From: a virus
Virus record (IMG/VR): IMGVR_UViG_3300007513_000026
Location: 8,531 to 72,530 of that record
Strand: one strand, 5' to 3'
DNA: 64,000 nt
The position numbers were made by a program, and so were the translations under genes. Positions 1-9,472 of the stretch are shown here, one piece after another. The stretch's first letter is position 1. Every line of letters begins with the position of its first letter. A model generated the notes under the pieces. That model had not been told where the DNA came from. It did no database searches and saw only the letters and a list, made by a program, of their open reading frames with translations.

Positions 1-627
1 CACCGTATCAGTGCCGGCTTGATGAGTGCCTGCAAACATATCTTCAATCTGAGTCCACTCGTCTTCTTTGGTATAATAGGTTTGTTTCTTGGCCCACCAG
101 TCAGCTAGCTCGGGGGTAATGAGATCTCCCTTTTTCAAATTGAAAACTGCGCGAGACATGGTGGTAGTGCGCGTCTTATCGATAGTCTCGCCTTTGCGCG
201 GTCCTGCGGGAATGGTGAACTTGTAAGTGCGATGAAGGTCAAGCTTGGCGACTTCCATTTCGCGCTCTTGTTCTACGCCGCCCTCACCCCGATACTTTTG
301 TTTCACGCTGCGTATGGGAAATTTCTTGGAGCTATGCATGCCTCCCTCCCACGGAACCGCTTCGCCTGGTTCCCATCCTTGTTCTTTTAACGCGCTTACA
401 AGCTGTGCGAGGTTGCGTTCTTCTTCTGTACCCAACGGAAACGCCACACGCATCGAGCCATTGAAAAGTTCATCAAACTCGGGGTTGATGCGATCCCCTT
501 CCTGCGCCATCCAATCATATAAATCTCGCGCTTCTTTGCGCGAAATCTCGTCTAAGGTTTGTTTGGTGGGCTGCTCTGAGGTCTCTTCAGTAAGGTATTT
601 AAACCATCGCCCGGTTGCAATATCCAT
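1..627 (-). CDS. Hypothetical protein, truncated at left edge; possible virion internal protein
   Basis: Not in ORF track. ATG at 627 opens MDIATGRWFKYLTEETSEQ... and stays open to position 1; GGGAG SD and late motif at 649-656 upstream. Confidence 0.75.
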   Translation of the reverse strand, partial: MDIATGRWFKYLTEETSEQPTKQTLDEISRKEARDLYDWMAQEGDRINPEFDELFNGSMRVAFPLGTEEERNLAQLVSALKEQGWEPGEAVPWEGGMHSSKKFPIRSVKQKYRGEGGVEQEREMEVAKLDLHRTYKFTIPAGPRKGETIDKTRTTTMSRAVFNLKKGDLITPELADWWAKKQTYYTKEDEWTQIEDMFAGTHQAGTDTV

Positions 628-671
628 TCTATTATACTCCCAACATTATAAATAGTAAGATATTTCCTATT

Positions 672-1022
672 TCATCTCCAAAGCAACTGGATAGAAGCAA
701 TGATAAACGCCAGGAATACACATGTCATTGTTTTGGCTGTAAACATGCTTTCCCCTAAGAAATACCAAGTAAGTAAAGGAAAGGTGAGATAGGAAAGGGC
801 AAAGATTAAAAAGCGGGGGCCCCAGATCTCGCCCATCTCTGCGTAAGCCAACTGCATCCCATACCAAAAACACAGAGATGCCGGCAACGTAAAGACAAGA
901 ATCGGCAGAAGAGGTCTACCCTTCCACCACTCCCATACAAACTGAGAGTTTAAGTGAAACCAGCCGAACAATTGTCCGACTGTAAACAACAGGCATGCTA
1001 TTAAAATCTTAGTGGTTGGCAA
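672..1022 (-). CDS. Small ~4-TM membrane protein, SMR/DMT-like
   Basis: 116 aa with four hydrophobic segments; LTWYFLGE resembles the DMT-family C-terminal motif. Confidence 0.5.
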   Translation of the reverse strand: MPTTKILIACLLFTVGQLFGWFHLNSQFVWEWWKGRPLLPILVFTLPASLCFWYGMQLAYAEMGEIWGPRFLIFALSYLTFPLLTWYFLGESMFTAKTMTCVFLAFIIASIQLLWR

Positions 1023-1767
1023 TTACTAAGTCCTCGCATCTCTCGGGTTTCTGCGTTTTGTTTCCGTACTCATCAATCATGATAATATTGTAATTTTTAT
1101 ACCGTTTGAGTGCTCCTTTGTTAAATTTATAAACGATGATCCATTTTTTATCCAAACCCTCCAGGGCTCGAAATAAACGGAGATGGTTAATGGGGGCATA
1201 ATCCTGGGCGCGCTCACGATTATGGCTTAACAAGTTAAGTCCATATTTTCCCGGCAAAAACAATTTAACATCAGATTTAACTTCATCGGTAATATTGTCA
1301 CACACATCATCATGCTGGTCTAACAGCACATAAAAATTTTCTCCCTTAAATTCTCTCAAACGTGAGATAATAACGGGGTCTAGATGTCGATATTCTCGTT
1401 TTCCGCACGATGTCGTTCCGGTACTTGTTCCTTGATTGAGGATAAAAAACAACGCTGAGCGATATATGGGATCTCCATAGGTCCACCACTCTTCTTGTAA
1501 TTTATAAAACAAAGTATCATCGATACGGGGCGCGGTGCTTTCCGCGAGACCGGCCACACGTTGAGGAAATTTCTTTGCCGCATGCCAAAATTCATACACA
1601 GGATATTTGTTAGTATGAGCCACCACCAAGCGATCTGCAGCGGCGAGACTAAGCTCCACATCCCCCGAATATAAACAATAAGAGTCTATAATACTCTTGG
1701 GAGGAATAAGCTCGCGTAAAACTTTTTTGCTAACAAAAGCATGTTTAGGGTTTAGAGGAGATTTCAT
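1009..1767 (-). CDS. Degenerate Dam-like (D12 class) adenine methyltransferase paralog, probably inactive
   Basis: Collinear with 26639..27508 (MKSPL start, ELxLA, HLxLF..W.I.Y, terminal E.(I/V)I.N) but FLGGG is CLYSG and DPPY is LPGKY. Confidence 0.6.
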   Translation of the reverse strand: MKSPLNPKHAFVSKKVLRELIPPKSIIDSYCLYSGDVELSLAAADRLVVAHTNKYPVYEFWHAAKKFPQRVAGLAESTAPRIDDTLFYKLQEEWWTYGDPIYRSALFFILNQGTSTGTTSCGKREYRHLDPVIISRLREFKGENFYVLLDQHDDVCDNITDEVKSDVKLFLPGKYGLNLLSHNRERAQDYAPINHLRLFRALEGLDKKWIIVYKFNKGALKRYKNYNIIMIDEYGNKTQKPERCEDLVIANH

Positions 1768-2146
1768 CTGCCGATGAGCCCTTTTTAAAATTATCTATTA
1801 CTGCTTCAATATCAATCTCTGGCATTTGTGGAGTTTCATTTTCGTCTTCAGTACTCGGAGTAGTAGATAATGGAGGAGTTACATCTTGTGTGTGGTAGTT
1901 GATATATCCTCTGATAATGTTTGTCACATCTCCTAATGTAAAATCCGCTTTCGCAAGTTGTAATCGAATTTGATCGATTTCTTCTAGAGTTTTCAAAGAA
2001 AGCATTTCTTTCTGAACAAGTACTCCGTCTGCCAAGTAAGTATCGGCATAATGTAGAGTGGTATGTACACCTTCTAACAATCGCTCTACTTCACCCTTTA
2101 AATCTTCCATCTCTACTGAATATTGAATATTTACTCTTTGTCCCAT
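1745..2146 (-). CDS. Hypothetical protein
   Basis: 133-aa ORF in tight operon with GAGGA SD. Confidence 0.7.
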   Translation of the reverse strand: MGQRVNIQYSVEMEDLKGEVERLLEGVHTTLHYADTYLADGVLVQKEMLSLKTLEEIDQIRLQLAKADFTLGDVTNIIRGYINYHTQDVTPPLSTTPSTEDENETPQMPEIDIEAVIDNFKKGSSADEISSKP

Positions 2147-2147
2147 G

Positions 2148-2441
2148 TTATCCTCTCAAAACTTTCTTTTTGGCTGTATTTAGTTGCGTCTCCACAATTT
2201 CGGGTGCACCAACCACAATAATTTCTGTGCCTGTGTGTCCTCGGTTGATTGTGAGCTTCGAAAACTTGTGGTTCGAGTCTAGGCCGCCAGCCAACCGGCC
2301 CATCTCATTAAGCTCTTGCAGTCTTCTCTCTTCTCGAATCATTATTACATGCTCGGGGTTTACAAAAATTTCCCTCAACATGTAATCTTGTCGGGTGGTG
2401 ACTGCTCCGTTCGTACACACCTCAGTAAGTTTTATTAACAT
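2148..2441 (-). CDS. Hypothetical protein, weak FlbD-like pattern
   Basis: MLIKLT...IFVNPEHVIMIREE resembles the FlbD/YlzI N-terminal pattern. Confidence 0.45.
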   Translation of the reverse strand: MLIKLTEVCTNGAVTTRQDYMLREIFVNPEHVIMIREERRLQELNEMGRLAGGLDSNHKFSKLTINRGHTGTEIIVVGAPEIVETQLNTAKKKVLRG

Positions 2442-2652
2442 CTACACCCTCCATTGGATACACTGACTTACGTGCAATTTTAAATCTTTCGCCTTCCACA
2501 AACACATCCATCTCACAGGGCCAATCCAGGGAATCCTTAATCACCACTCCCAAGGTAGGCTTAAGAGTTTTCCGTGGAAGACCTCCCTCTCGATACATCT
2601 GTACATCCTGTGGGATGTGTACCAAATCTCCTTCATTGAATCCTATTCTCAT
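2422..2652 (-). CDS. Hypothetical protein
   Basis: 76-aa ORF coupled to both neighbours. Confidence 0.6.
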   Translation of the reverse strand: MRIGFNEGDLVHIPQDVQMYREGGLPRKTLKPTLGVVIKDSLDWPCEMDVFVEGERFKIARKSVYPMEGVDVNKTY

Positions 2653-2654
2653 AA

Positions 2655-4226
2655 CTACTCCGTTTGTATAATTCCAAAATTAGTGGTAATCAGCGTTCCA
2701 GCACAGCTTCCAGCGTTCTGTAGAGCGGTGCGCGTGACCTTTACTGGATCCAAGATCCCAGCCTCGTGCAGGTCGGTAAGCTCTCCTTCTCTAAAGTCCC
2801 ACCCGCTGGTCTCTGGAGCCTTCAAGACTGCGTTGATAATTAAATCGGGGGAGGCGCCAGCATTGAGGGCCATTTGACGAATGGGCTCTTGGCATGCGCT
2901 CTGGATTATAGTCCCTCCCAAGGCTTGCTCTCGACTCATCGTGGTGATCACCAGGGTGTTGGCTGCTCTTAACAGCGCACATCCTCCACCGATAATGATG
3001 CCTTCTTCTTGGGCAGAGCGCACAGCTTCCAGGGCATCTTCGATTCGATGCTTCTTCTCGGTCATCTCGACTTCGGTGGCGCCTCCAACTTTGATGACGG
3101 CCACGCCAGACGCAAGACGAACGATGCGATCTTGAATCTTTTCGCAGTCAGTCATCGACTCGGTTTGTTCGATAAGAGCCTTGAGCGATTCGATGCGAGT
3201 GTCTATTTCCTCCATCTCGCAGCTTCCCCCTACAATGGTAGTGGTGCGCTTGGTGCTCTCGATAAAATCTGCAGTTCCCAGGTGTACCATCTTAACTTCG
3301 TTAAGTTTAATGCCGCTTTCTCGCGTGATAAACGTAGCTCCCACTGAGATAGATAGATCGCTAAGGATGTTTCGGCGCTCTTCTCCATAACGTGGAGCTT
3401 TAATTGCTGCAACTTTCATGGTGCCCCGTATTGCATTCATAATAAGTGCAGCCAGGGCTTGGCCATCTACATCCTCCGCAACAATTACCAGAGGGCGACC
3501 TTCGCGCGCCACCATCTCTAGAACAGGAAGAATCTGCTCCACAGTGGTAATCTTGTAGTCCGTCACCAGAATAAGAGGATCGTCGTGATGCATAACAGCG
3601 CGCCGATCATCTGTGATAAAGGGTCCGGCACAATAGCCTGCGTCGAACTTAAAACCTTCTGTTACATCAAGCGACGTTTCAAGCGAACGAGACTCCTCAA
3701 TCGTAATGGAGCCATCTTGACCAACTCGGTCTACTGCTAATGCAATCAACTTACCAATGGTAGGATCGTTGTTGGCTGAAATAGTCGCGATGTGCTCAAT
3801 GTCTGCGATACTTTTCACCGGAGTGGACATGTCTTTGAGTTTGGTTGTTACCTCTCCAATAGCCAGCCCAATGCCGCGTTGCAACTCAATCGGAGAAATA
3901 CCGGAAGCAATTAGCTTTTGGGACTCTCGAAGGATTGCGCGGGCGATGACCGTGGAGGTTGTGGTACCATCCCCAGCATCGCTATTCGTTTGGATGGCCG
4001 CTTGTTTAATAATCATTGCTGCAGCATTTTCAAACGGATCGTTTAGTGCAACAAAGTGTGCTACAGTTACACCATCTTTAGTGATAAAGGGCTTCTGTCC
4101 CTTTTCGTGTAGGAGGACATTGCGCCCTTTGGGACCTAGCGTTGAAGCTACGTTATCAGCTAAAACGTTTACGCCCTCCATAATCTTTTTCTGTAAATCG
4201 TCGTGACTGTGATACTCTCTGCTCAT
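2655..4226 (-). CDS. groEL: Chaperonin GroEL (Cpn60)
   Basis: TLGPKGRNV, ITKDGVTVA, AGDGTTT, GVAVIKVGGATEVE, GILDPVKV; no GGM tail. Confidence 0.97.
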   Translation of the reverse strand: MSREYHSHDDLQKKIMEGVNVLADNVASTLGPKGRNVLLHEKGQKPFITKDGVTVAHFVALNDPFENAAAMIIKQAAIQTNSDAGDGTTTSTVIARAILRESQKLIASGISPIELQRGIGLAIGEVTTKLKDMSTPVKSIADIEHIATISANNDPTIGKLIALAVDRVGQDGSITIEESRSLETSLDVTEGFKFDAGYCAGPFITDDRRAVMHHDDPLILVTDYKITTVEQILPVLEMVAREGRPLVIVAEDVDGQALAALIMNAIRGTMKVAAIKAPRYGEERRNILSDLSISVGATFITRESGIKLNEVKMVHLGTADFIESTKRTTTIVGGSCEMEEIDTRIESLKALIEQTESMTDCEKIQDRIVRLASGVAVIKVGGATEVEMTEKKHRIEDALEAVRSAQEEGIIIGGGCALLRAANTLVITTMSREQALGGTIIQSACQEPIRQMALNAGASPDLIINAVLKAPETSGWDFREGELTDLHEAGILDPVKVTRTALQNAGSCAGTLITTNFGIIQTE

Positions 4227-4247
4227 TAATACCTCATGGTTACTAAT

Positions 4248-4276
4248 ATTATAATATATTGTTGAATGTTTGTCAA
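4248..4276 (-). promoter_or_regulatory. Sigma70-type promoter for groEL
   Basis: Exact TTGACA-17 nt-TATAAT on minus strand. Confidence 0.85.
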
Positions 4277-4277
4277 A

Positions 4278-6020
4278 CTATTGTTTAGGGAAAGGCAACG
4301 AAAGTTGAGCGTCATCTTCGTCCCCTGTTTGTAAAATTTCTGTGGAGCTAATGTTGGTGGCACTCGAACGCGCTTTTCCAGCTAAGGTGTCGTTTTCCAG
4401 ACCACCCGCAAAATATTGATTAAGGCTGTCCGACAGGATCTTTAACGATTGAAATATCTCATATACTTCCCCATTTAACACGTCCCGCACTGCTTTCAAT
4501 ACTGCTGCTACCTTGGTGCGACCCACCTCAATAGACCCCACATAAACAGTGTTAGTGGGAGCACCAGAATTTAACGCTTGGGTTTCGTTTAGTGAAAAAT
4601 GGTGGGTTTTAAGGTACCCTAAACTACTTTTAAGAGCCTCTATTTTCTGAGATCGAGATAGATCTGTATATTCTTTCGCGGACTCCTCTACGGACAAAAA
4701 TTCATCTTTGCCAAGCATATCCTCAAGTTGCTGGTTTCTCTCGCTCTTTTTGGTTGCGGCCGCTTGAGAGACTATAACGGCGTTATTGGCATTTATAATT
4801 GCCGCCTGTAGTGGCGCCACAACAGCAGGCGCCTTCGCATATAGCCCCTTAACGAGGGCGGTGATTTTTCTTTTATCTAGTGTTGCTCCTCTTGCGCCTC
4901 TCATCTTATTTTTATTAAAGATGTTATCATTCTTCTCCCAATTCAAAGCTGCTAAGAGTTTTTTAAGATGCTCCGCATCAATCTCAGCAATAGGATTGCC
5001 TGGGTTTTCTTCAGCTTGGGTCTTTATCTCTTGTTCTAAAGCTCTGTTAAAAATAGGAGTCAACTCCTCCGCTGACAAGGTTTTTTCTCTGGCTGGCAAA
5101 TTCAACATCTCGACGGCGCCCACCTGCTGTCCTCCTTTCAAAGCGCTGACTACTACTTTAGGAAGCCGCACTACATCGGGCAGTCGGGAAGATGCCAAGA
5201 TGTCCACCACGTTCTCCAAGTTAAAATCAAATTGATAAAAGTTGATCTTTCCTTGTTGGTCGAGCCCTTTAAGGTCGGCATCAAACTCTTTTGTGCACAG
5301 CACATATCTCATGCCGCCACCGATAGCATCCGCATATTTGGGCGCAACCAGATCGTTTACCAAATCAGTGTAACTCCCTCCAACTTCCAAACCTTTATGG
5401 CGGTACAGCTTCAGGCTCACGGGGATGGTAACGCCGGTCAACCGATCTAGATAGTCCGCAATAGTGTTACTGTTGGTGGGAACTTGCTTTCCTTTAACCA
5501 ACGCAGATAGGAAAGACTCAAAACTAAAACCAGCAGACGAGGCATTAAAGTTAGTGATCACCTTAGTAAGAGTTTTGTAAAACACGAGGTAAGAAATAAC
5601 TTGCACAATGCGTTGTGTGCGACTGTCGCCTGCTTGTTGTGCCACCATCTCACTTCCTTCCGTATAAAACTTAGAAACATTTTGTATCTTCTCACCAAAA
5701 GTGGCTCCCGCGATATTTTGAAGATATCCTTCCAATAATTGGCGTTGGGGGCCCTTGATTTCTCCTTCTTCACCCTCACCGGGGGTACGAACATCTGACC
5801 ATCCAATCTCCGAAACTTCGATATCGGGGATCATTTTCAATAACATATCCATAGCTTTTTGATCGCTAATGTTGTCCACCGTGGGGGGTGCTTCTTCGTT
5901 TACTGGAGCATCCAATACCTCTTCAATCATTCCAATAAGCGTCTGTAGATCTAAACCGTTAATCTGCTTAAGGTACTCTTCTTCGATTATCTCATGTAAT
6001 TCCGACATATGTTTCCTCAC
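4278..6020 (-). CDS. Hypothetical 580-aa protein with possible PD-(D/E)xK-like core
   Basis: GFSFESFL...IADY...VSLK pattern; acidic IIEEE-type N-terminus; start may be Met at 6008. Confidence 0.55.
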   Translation of the reverse strand: MRKHMSELHEIIEEEYLKQINGLDLQTLIGMIEEVLDAPVNEEAPPTVDNISDQKAMDMLLKMIPDIEVSEIGWSDVRTPGEGEEGEIKGPQRQLLEGYLQNIAGATFGEKIQNVSKFYTEGSEMVAQQAGDSRTQRIVQVISYLVFYKTLTKVITNFNASSAGFSFESFLSALVKGKQVPTNSNTIADYLDRLTGVTIPVSLKLYRHKGLEVGGSYTDLVNDLVAPKYADAIGGGMRYVLCTKEFDADLKGLDQQGKINFYQFDFNLENVVDILASSRLPDVVRLPKVVVSALKGGQQVGAVEMLNLPAREKTLSAEELTPIFNRALEQEIKTQAEENPGNPIAEIDAEHLKKLLAALNWEKNDNIFNKNKMRGARGATLDKRKITALVKGLYAKAPAVVAPLQAAIINANNAVIVSQAAATKKSERNQQLEDMLGKDEFLSVEESAKEYTDLSRSQKIEALKSSLGYLKTHHFSLNETQALNSGAPTNTVYVGSIEVGRTKVAAVLKAVRDVLNGEVYEIFQSLKILSDSLNQYFAGGLENDTLAGKARSSATNISSTEILQTGDEDDAQLSLPFPKQ

Positions 6021-6643
6021 ACAATGACATCAGCGATGCCATATTCAATTGCTTCTTCTGCTGATAAATAGATATTAACTTTTTGTTCTAACATTTTTTT
6101 GAGTTGCTTTTTGGTCATTTTTGTTTCCTCGACCAAACGATCTATGTACATTTCTTGCAGGTCTTGGATGGCCTCCATCTCATTTACAAGGTTGTGGAGT
6201 GAGCCATGGTTGCCTGCTACCACCGAATGAAGCATGACGCGACAGTTGCGGCCAATCTGTCTTTTACCGTGAGTTCCCCCAGCCAACAGCAGAACGCCGG
6301 CTGACATAACCTTTCCCATTCCGATGGTTATAATATCGGTTTCCTTTTCGATTTGTTTCATTATATCATACAGAGCAAACATATCATCGGCCGACCCTCC
6401 GTAGGTGGACAAATAGAACTCGATGTCGCGCCTCTTCTCTTTCTTAGTTGCCATCCGATTAAGCTCGTTCATATATAAAAGCCCGTGAACCACCTCTGCT
6501 ATCTTTTCCTCGGTGACATCTGTAAAAAGACCAACGACACGTAAGTCTGGCTCTGAGCTTTTTGGTAAAATCATTATTTCCTTTTCCTCCACCTTCGCCT
6601 CTGCTAATGCAGTTTTAATGGCTTCTTTAATTTCCTTAATCAT
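6017..6643 (-). CDS. clpP: ClpP-like protease subunit 1
   Basis: STYGGS, GKVMSAG (Ser), MLHS (His), YLSAEEAIEYGIAD. Confidence 0.88.
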   Translation of the reverse strand: MIKEIKEAIKTALAEAKVEEKEIMILPKSSEPDLRVVGLFTDVTEEKIAEVVHGLLYMNELNRMATKKEKRRDIEFYLSTYGGSADDMFALYDIMKQIEKETDIITIGMGKVMSAGVLLLAGGTHGKRQIGRNCRVMLHSVVAGNHGSLHNLVNEMEAIQDLQEMYIDRLVEETKMTKKQLKKMLEQKVNIYLSAEEAIEYGIADVIV

Positions 6644-6644
6644 T

Positions 6645-7046
6645 TCAATTCCCTGCTAAAAATTCTCGTGCAACATCCTTATTTCTTTCCAAATAAGTCA
6701 TGGCACTCTCCCAATCGTTAAATTCCACAAGCTGATCGAAAAACGAGCCGTGCGAATCAATCATGGTTTTGATTGCTTTTTTCTTATACTGTGATACTTC
6801 ATCATTAAAACTTCTGGTGAAAGCATCGATGTTTTGTTGGCTAGCTTTGTTTTCTTGCATGATGGCCAATCGATAATATTTGGAATAGTGAAAGTTCTCT
6901 AATCCTTTTGTAATCACAAACAACCCCACCACTTGTGAAAGTTGAATGAGTTTTATACTCTTTCTGGTAGAACTAAAAAAATAGAACGTCTTGCAGGTCA
7001 CATACCCAAACAAGAAAACAAGAAAATACAAAAGATATTGTGCCAA
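6645..7046 (-). CDS. Hypothetical protein with N-terminal TM helix
   Basis: TTG start with GAGGTGG SD; hydrophobic N-terminus. Confidence 0.65.
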   Translation of the reverse strand: MAQYLLYFLVFLFGYVTCKTFYFFSSTRKSIKLIQLSQVVGLFVITKGLENFHYSKYYRLAIMQENKASQQNIDAFTRSFNDEVSQYKKKAIKTMIDSHGSFFDQLVEFNDWESAMTYLERNKDVAREFLAGN

Positions 7047-7070
7047 TTATCACCACCTCGGGTTGTCAAG

Positions 7071-7102
7071 AAAAACAACCACTAGAATTGCTCCCAGTGG
7101 TT
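7071..7102 (-). terminator. Intrinsic terminator
   Basis: AACCACTGGGA-GCAA-TTCTAGTGGTT followed by GTTTTT on minus strand. Confidence 0.65.
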
Positions 7103-7131
7103 ATTATAACGGTTCGTAAGATAAATGTCAA
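7103..7131 (-). promoter_or_regulatory. Sigma70-type promoter
   Basis: Exact TTGACA-17-TATAAT. Confidence 0.85.
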
Positions 7132-7133
7132 TA

Positions 7134-7778
7134 CTATTTCTGAGTCAGTCTATTAAAAATTCTCTCAGTCAATTCATCAACCATCTGGGTCTTCCGGTTT
7201 TCCCGGCTCAATCGCTGCGCCACTCTGCGCGCGACTTCGTTCACCAGAGCATCAGTGTCTTCTTGGAGAGGGATCTCGGGGACAGGTTCGCCCTCGTCTG
7301 GGACTTCAGCCGCCATGCCTACATCAAGTTCACCTCCTCCTTCTAGCGGCTCTTCTACATCAAGTGCAATATCATCTACAACATCATCAACCGGTGCCTC
7401 TTCATCGCCACCTTCGACGCTAATTTGCACGCCTAGGGGTCCAAGCCCAGCAACCAATTCTTCAACGGCTGCAGCAATAACATCTTCGACTGCACTGGCC
7501 ATTTCTGGCTCCAGAGTCGGAGGTGCTTCTTCCACGTCAACATCCATGTCAACGGGACCTTCATCGCCGGCAAGCTCATCTTCAAGATCATCAATCTCTT
7601 CGTCCTTGTCATGAACATCATCGTCCATATCGTGTAATTCGTGGCTCTTGGCCTCTTCCTCATCACGGTTATAGTCCATGCCATATTCTTCAATTTTGGT
7701 CTCGCCAACGGATCCCATATCAGCCAGCTTCATAAAGCGGCGAATCTCTGTTTCTGTCAATAGTTTCTTACGAGCCAT
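7134..7778 (-). CDS. Highly acidic protein, probable prohead core/internal head protein
   Basis: D/E-rich 214 aa with LTE and RRFMKLA motifs; late motif at 7813-7820. Confidence 0.6.
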   Translation of the reverse strand: MARKKLLTETEIRRFMKLADMGSVGETKIEEYGMDYNRDEEEAKSHELHDMDDDVHDKDEEIDDLEDELAGDEGPVDMDVDVEEAPPTLEPEMASAVEDVIAAAVEELVAGLGPLGVQISVEGGDEEAPVDDVVDDIALDVEEPLEGGGELDVGMAAEVPDEGEPVPEIPLQEDTDALVNEVARRVAQRLSRENRKTQMVDELTERIFNRLTQK

Positions 7779-7840
7779 TAGATTTCTCCTCTAAAAAATT
7801 TAAACTCATTGATAAATAGTAACCTTATCTTATAAATCCC

Positions 7841-8104
7841 TTAAAAACTTATACCTTTGTTAAGGCAGCGCTTTTTTAGCTTTTCAAGCGCTTGCGTTTC
7901 TATTTGCTTTACTCTCGCAAAAGAAATGCCGAGTCGGTCGGCCACCTCACGCAATGTCATGCGTCCGTTTTCATAAATAGATATTAAACTGCAATTATAC
8001 TCGCTTTTATAATCAATCCATAATCGGCACTCCCTCTCTCGGCATGGCATCTTCTCTTTCATGCACACTCTCGAACATGTTAACAACCCATCTGCATGTT
8101 TCAT
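7841..8104 (-). CDS. Stand-alone sigma70 region-4 HTH protein with Cys-rich N-terminus
   Basis: MTLREVADRLGISFARVKQIETQALEKL is a sigma region 4.2 signature; five N-terminal Cys. Confidence 0.8.
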   Translation of the reverse strand: MKHADGLLTCSRVCMKEKMPCRERECRLWIDYKSEYNCSLISIYENGRMTLREVADRLGISFARVKQIETQALEKLKKRCLNKGISF

Positions 8105-8427
8105 AACTCTGGAAACTCCTCTTCTAAAATGTCGAATATGTTTTCTACCTCTCCCTCGGTTAACGCAAAATCTCGTAATTTTTGGCGGCCAATTTTTTGG
8201 AGCCTTTCGGTTTTTGAGCGTTTAATCTTTGATTTGGCAGAAATCTCGTTAACGTACTCTAGCAACCTCTCATCATCGTTGATGAGACCGGTGACAATGT
8301 GGCGGAAAAACGTCGCCTGTGTCAGCCGTAGAAACTTGAGTTTCAATATAAGTTGCGCGTGGCGGTGGTCGTTCTCGGTGAACACCACGCGCTTGGTTAA
8401 ATTACCGTAGTCAATCTCGGTAGACAT
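8101..8427 (-). CDS. Hypothetical protein (possible RHH-like DNA-binding)
   Basis: 108 aa; KRVVF strand followed by helices; ATGA-coupled to the sigma4 gene. Confidence 0.55.
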   Translation of the reverse strand: MSTEIDYGNLTKRVVFTENDHRHAQLILKLKFLRLTQATFFRHIVTGLINDDERLLEYVNEISAKSKIKRSKTERLQKIGRQKLRDFALTEGEVENIFDILEEEFPEL

Positions 8428-8428
8428 A

Positions 8429-9472
8429 TCACCACTTCCTATTCACGATATGTGTGTGTGCCTCAGATAGACCCGACGAAGTTTGTGTTACAAACTGTGC
8501 TTTCGCGTGAAGTTCATCCAAGTTAGAGGCGCCAGAGTAACTAAATCCTGACCGAATGCCTCGCTCCAAGTCTTCAAGAATCAACCGCAGAGGTCCACGA
8601 TAAGGTACCCGTGTGGCCACCCCCTCAAAGGAACTGTAGCGCCCGTGCCAATCGACTTGTGCTTCTTTGCTAGCCATCCCTCGGTAAGACTTCCATCGAC
8701 TCCCATCGAAATCCTGAAAAATTTTACCGGGAGTTTCGTCGGTCCCTGAGAGTAACGACCCACACATCACTGCATCTGCTCCGGCGGCTAAGGCTTTCAC
8801 CATATCACCGGAGTTTTTAATGCCACCGTCTGCGACGATCTTTACATCTCGGTCGGTTTGAGCACAGTCCATAATGGTCTGCAAACCTGGCATTCCGTGG
8901 CCCGTCTGAATACGAGTGGAACAAATAGATCCTCCACCAATATTGCAGCGGACACTGTCAGCACCCCAGTCGGATAGGTCGTTGAGAGCTTCCAACGTGG
9001 CTACATTACCAGCCATGATATGGAAGCGCTCCCCTAAGACTTTACGTAGCGCATACAAAGCTTGCTTCATCATAACGTGGTGACCATGGGCCACATCCAC
9101 GCAGAGAAAATCTACAAACTGTGCTCGAAGTGCTTGGGCCCTCTCTAGATAATCTCCAGTGATGCCCACAGCAGCGCCAGTGGTAATGAGGCTGTGGTTT
9201 CCATCGGGCATGCGTGCCTGTGATGTTCTTACCTGTCTCACTTGCTCTTCAATCGTATTGTAACGATGAATGATGGCTGCTCCCCCTGCTTGGTTCATAG
9301 CCACCGCCATGGATGCCTCTGAAATAGTGTCCATGGGCGATGATAGAATCGGCAGTGAGAGCTTTAATCCATTACCCAAATCGGAACCAACGTTAATATC
9401 GCCTCGCGAATTGATGGCCGAATATTGGGGGACTAAAAGCACATCATCATAAGATATGCATCTCTTGTCCAT
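8429..9472 (-). CDS. guaB: IMP dehydrogenase (IMPDH/GMPR family, no CBS domains)
   Basis: [29 protein letters not shown] catalytic Cys, ADGGI, YRGMAS, EGV. Confidence 0.85.
   Translation of the reverse strand: MDKRCISYDDVLLVPQYSAINSRGDINVGSDLGNGLKLSLPILSSPMDTISEASMAVAMNQAGGAAIIHRYNTIEEQVRQVRTSQARMPDGNHSLITTGAAVGITGDYLERAQALRAQFVDFLCVDVAHGHHVMMKQALYALRKVLGERFHIMAGNVATLEALNDLSDWGADSVRCNIGGGSICSTRIQTGHGMPGLQTIMDCAQTDRDVKIVADGGIKNSGDMVKALAAGADAVMCGSLLSGTDETPGKIFQDFDGSRWKSYRGMASKEAQVDWHGRYSSFEGVATRVPYRGPLRLILEDLERGIRSGFSYSGASNLDELHAKAQFVTQTSSGLSEAHTHIVNRKW

Noticed and set aside
647-655. Exact T4 late promoter TATAAATA on + strand (also 56494)
   Set aside because: No + strand gene follows; better explained as the antisense reading of the minus-strand motif
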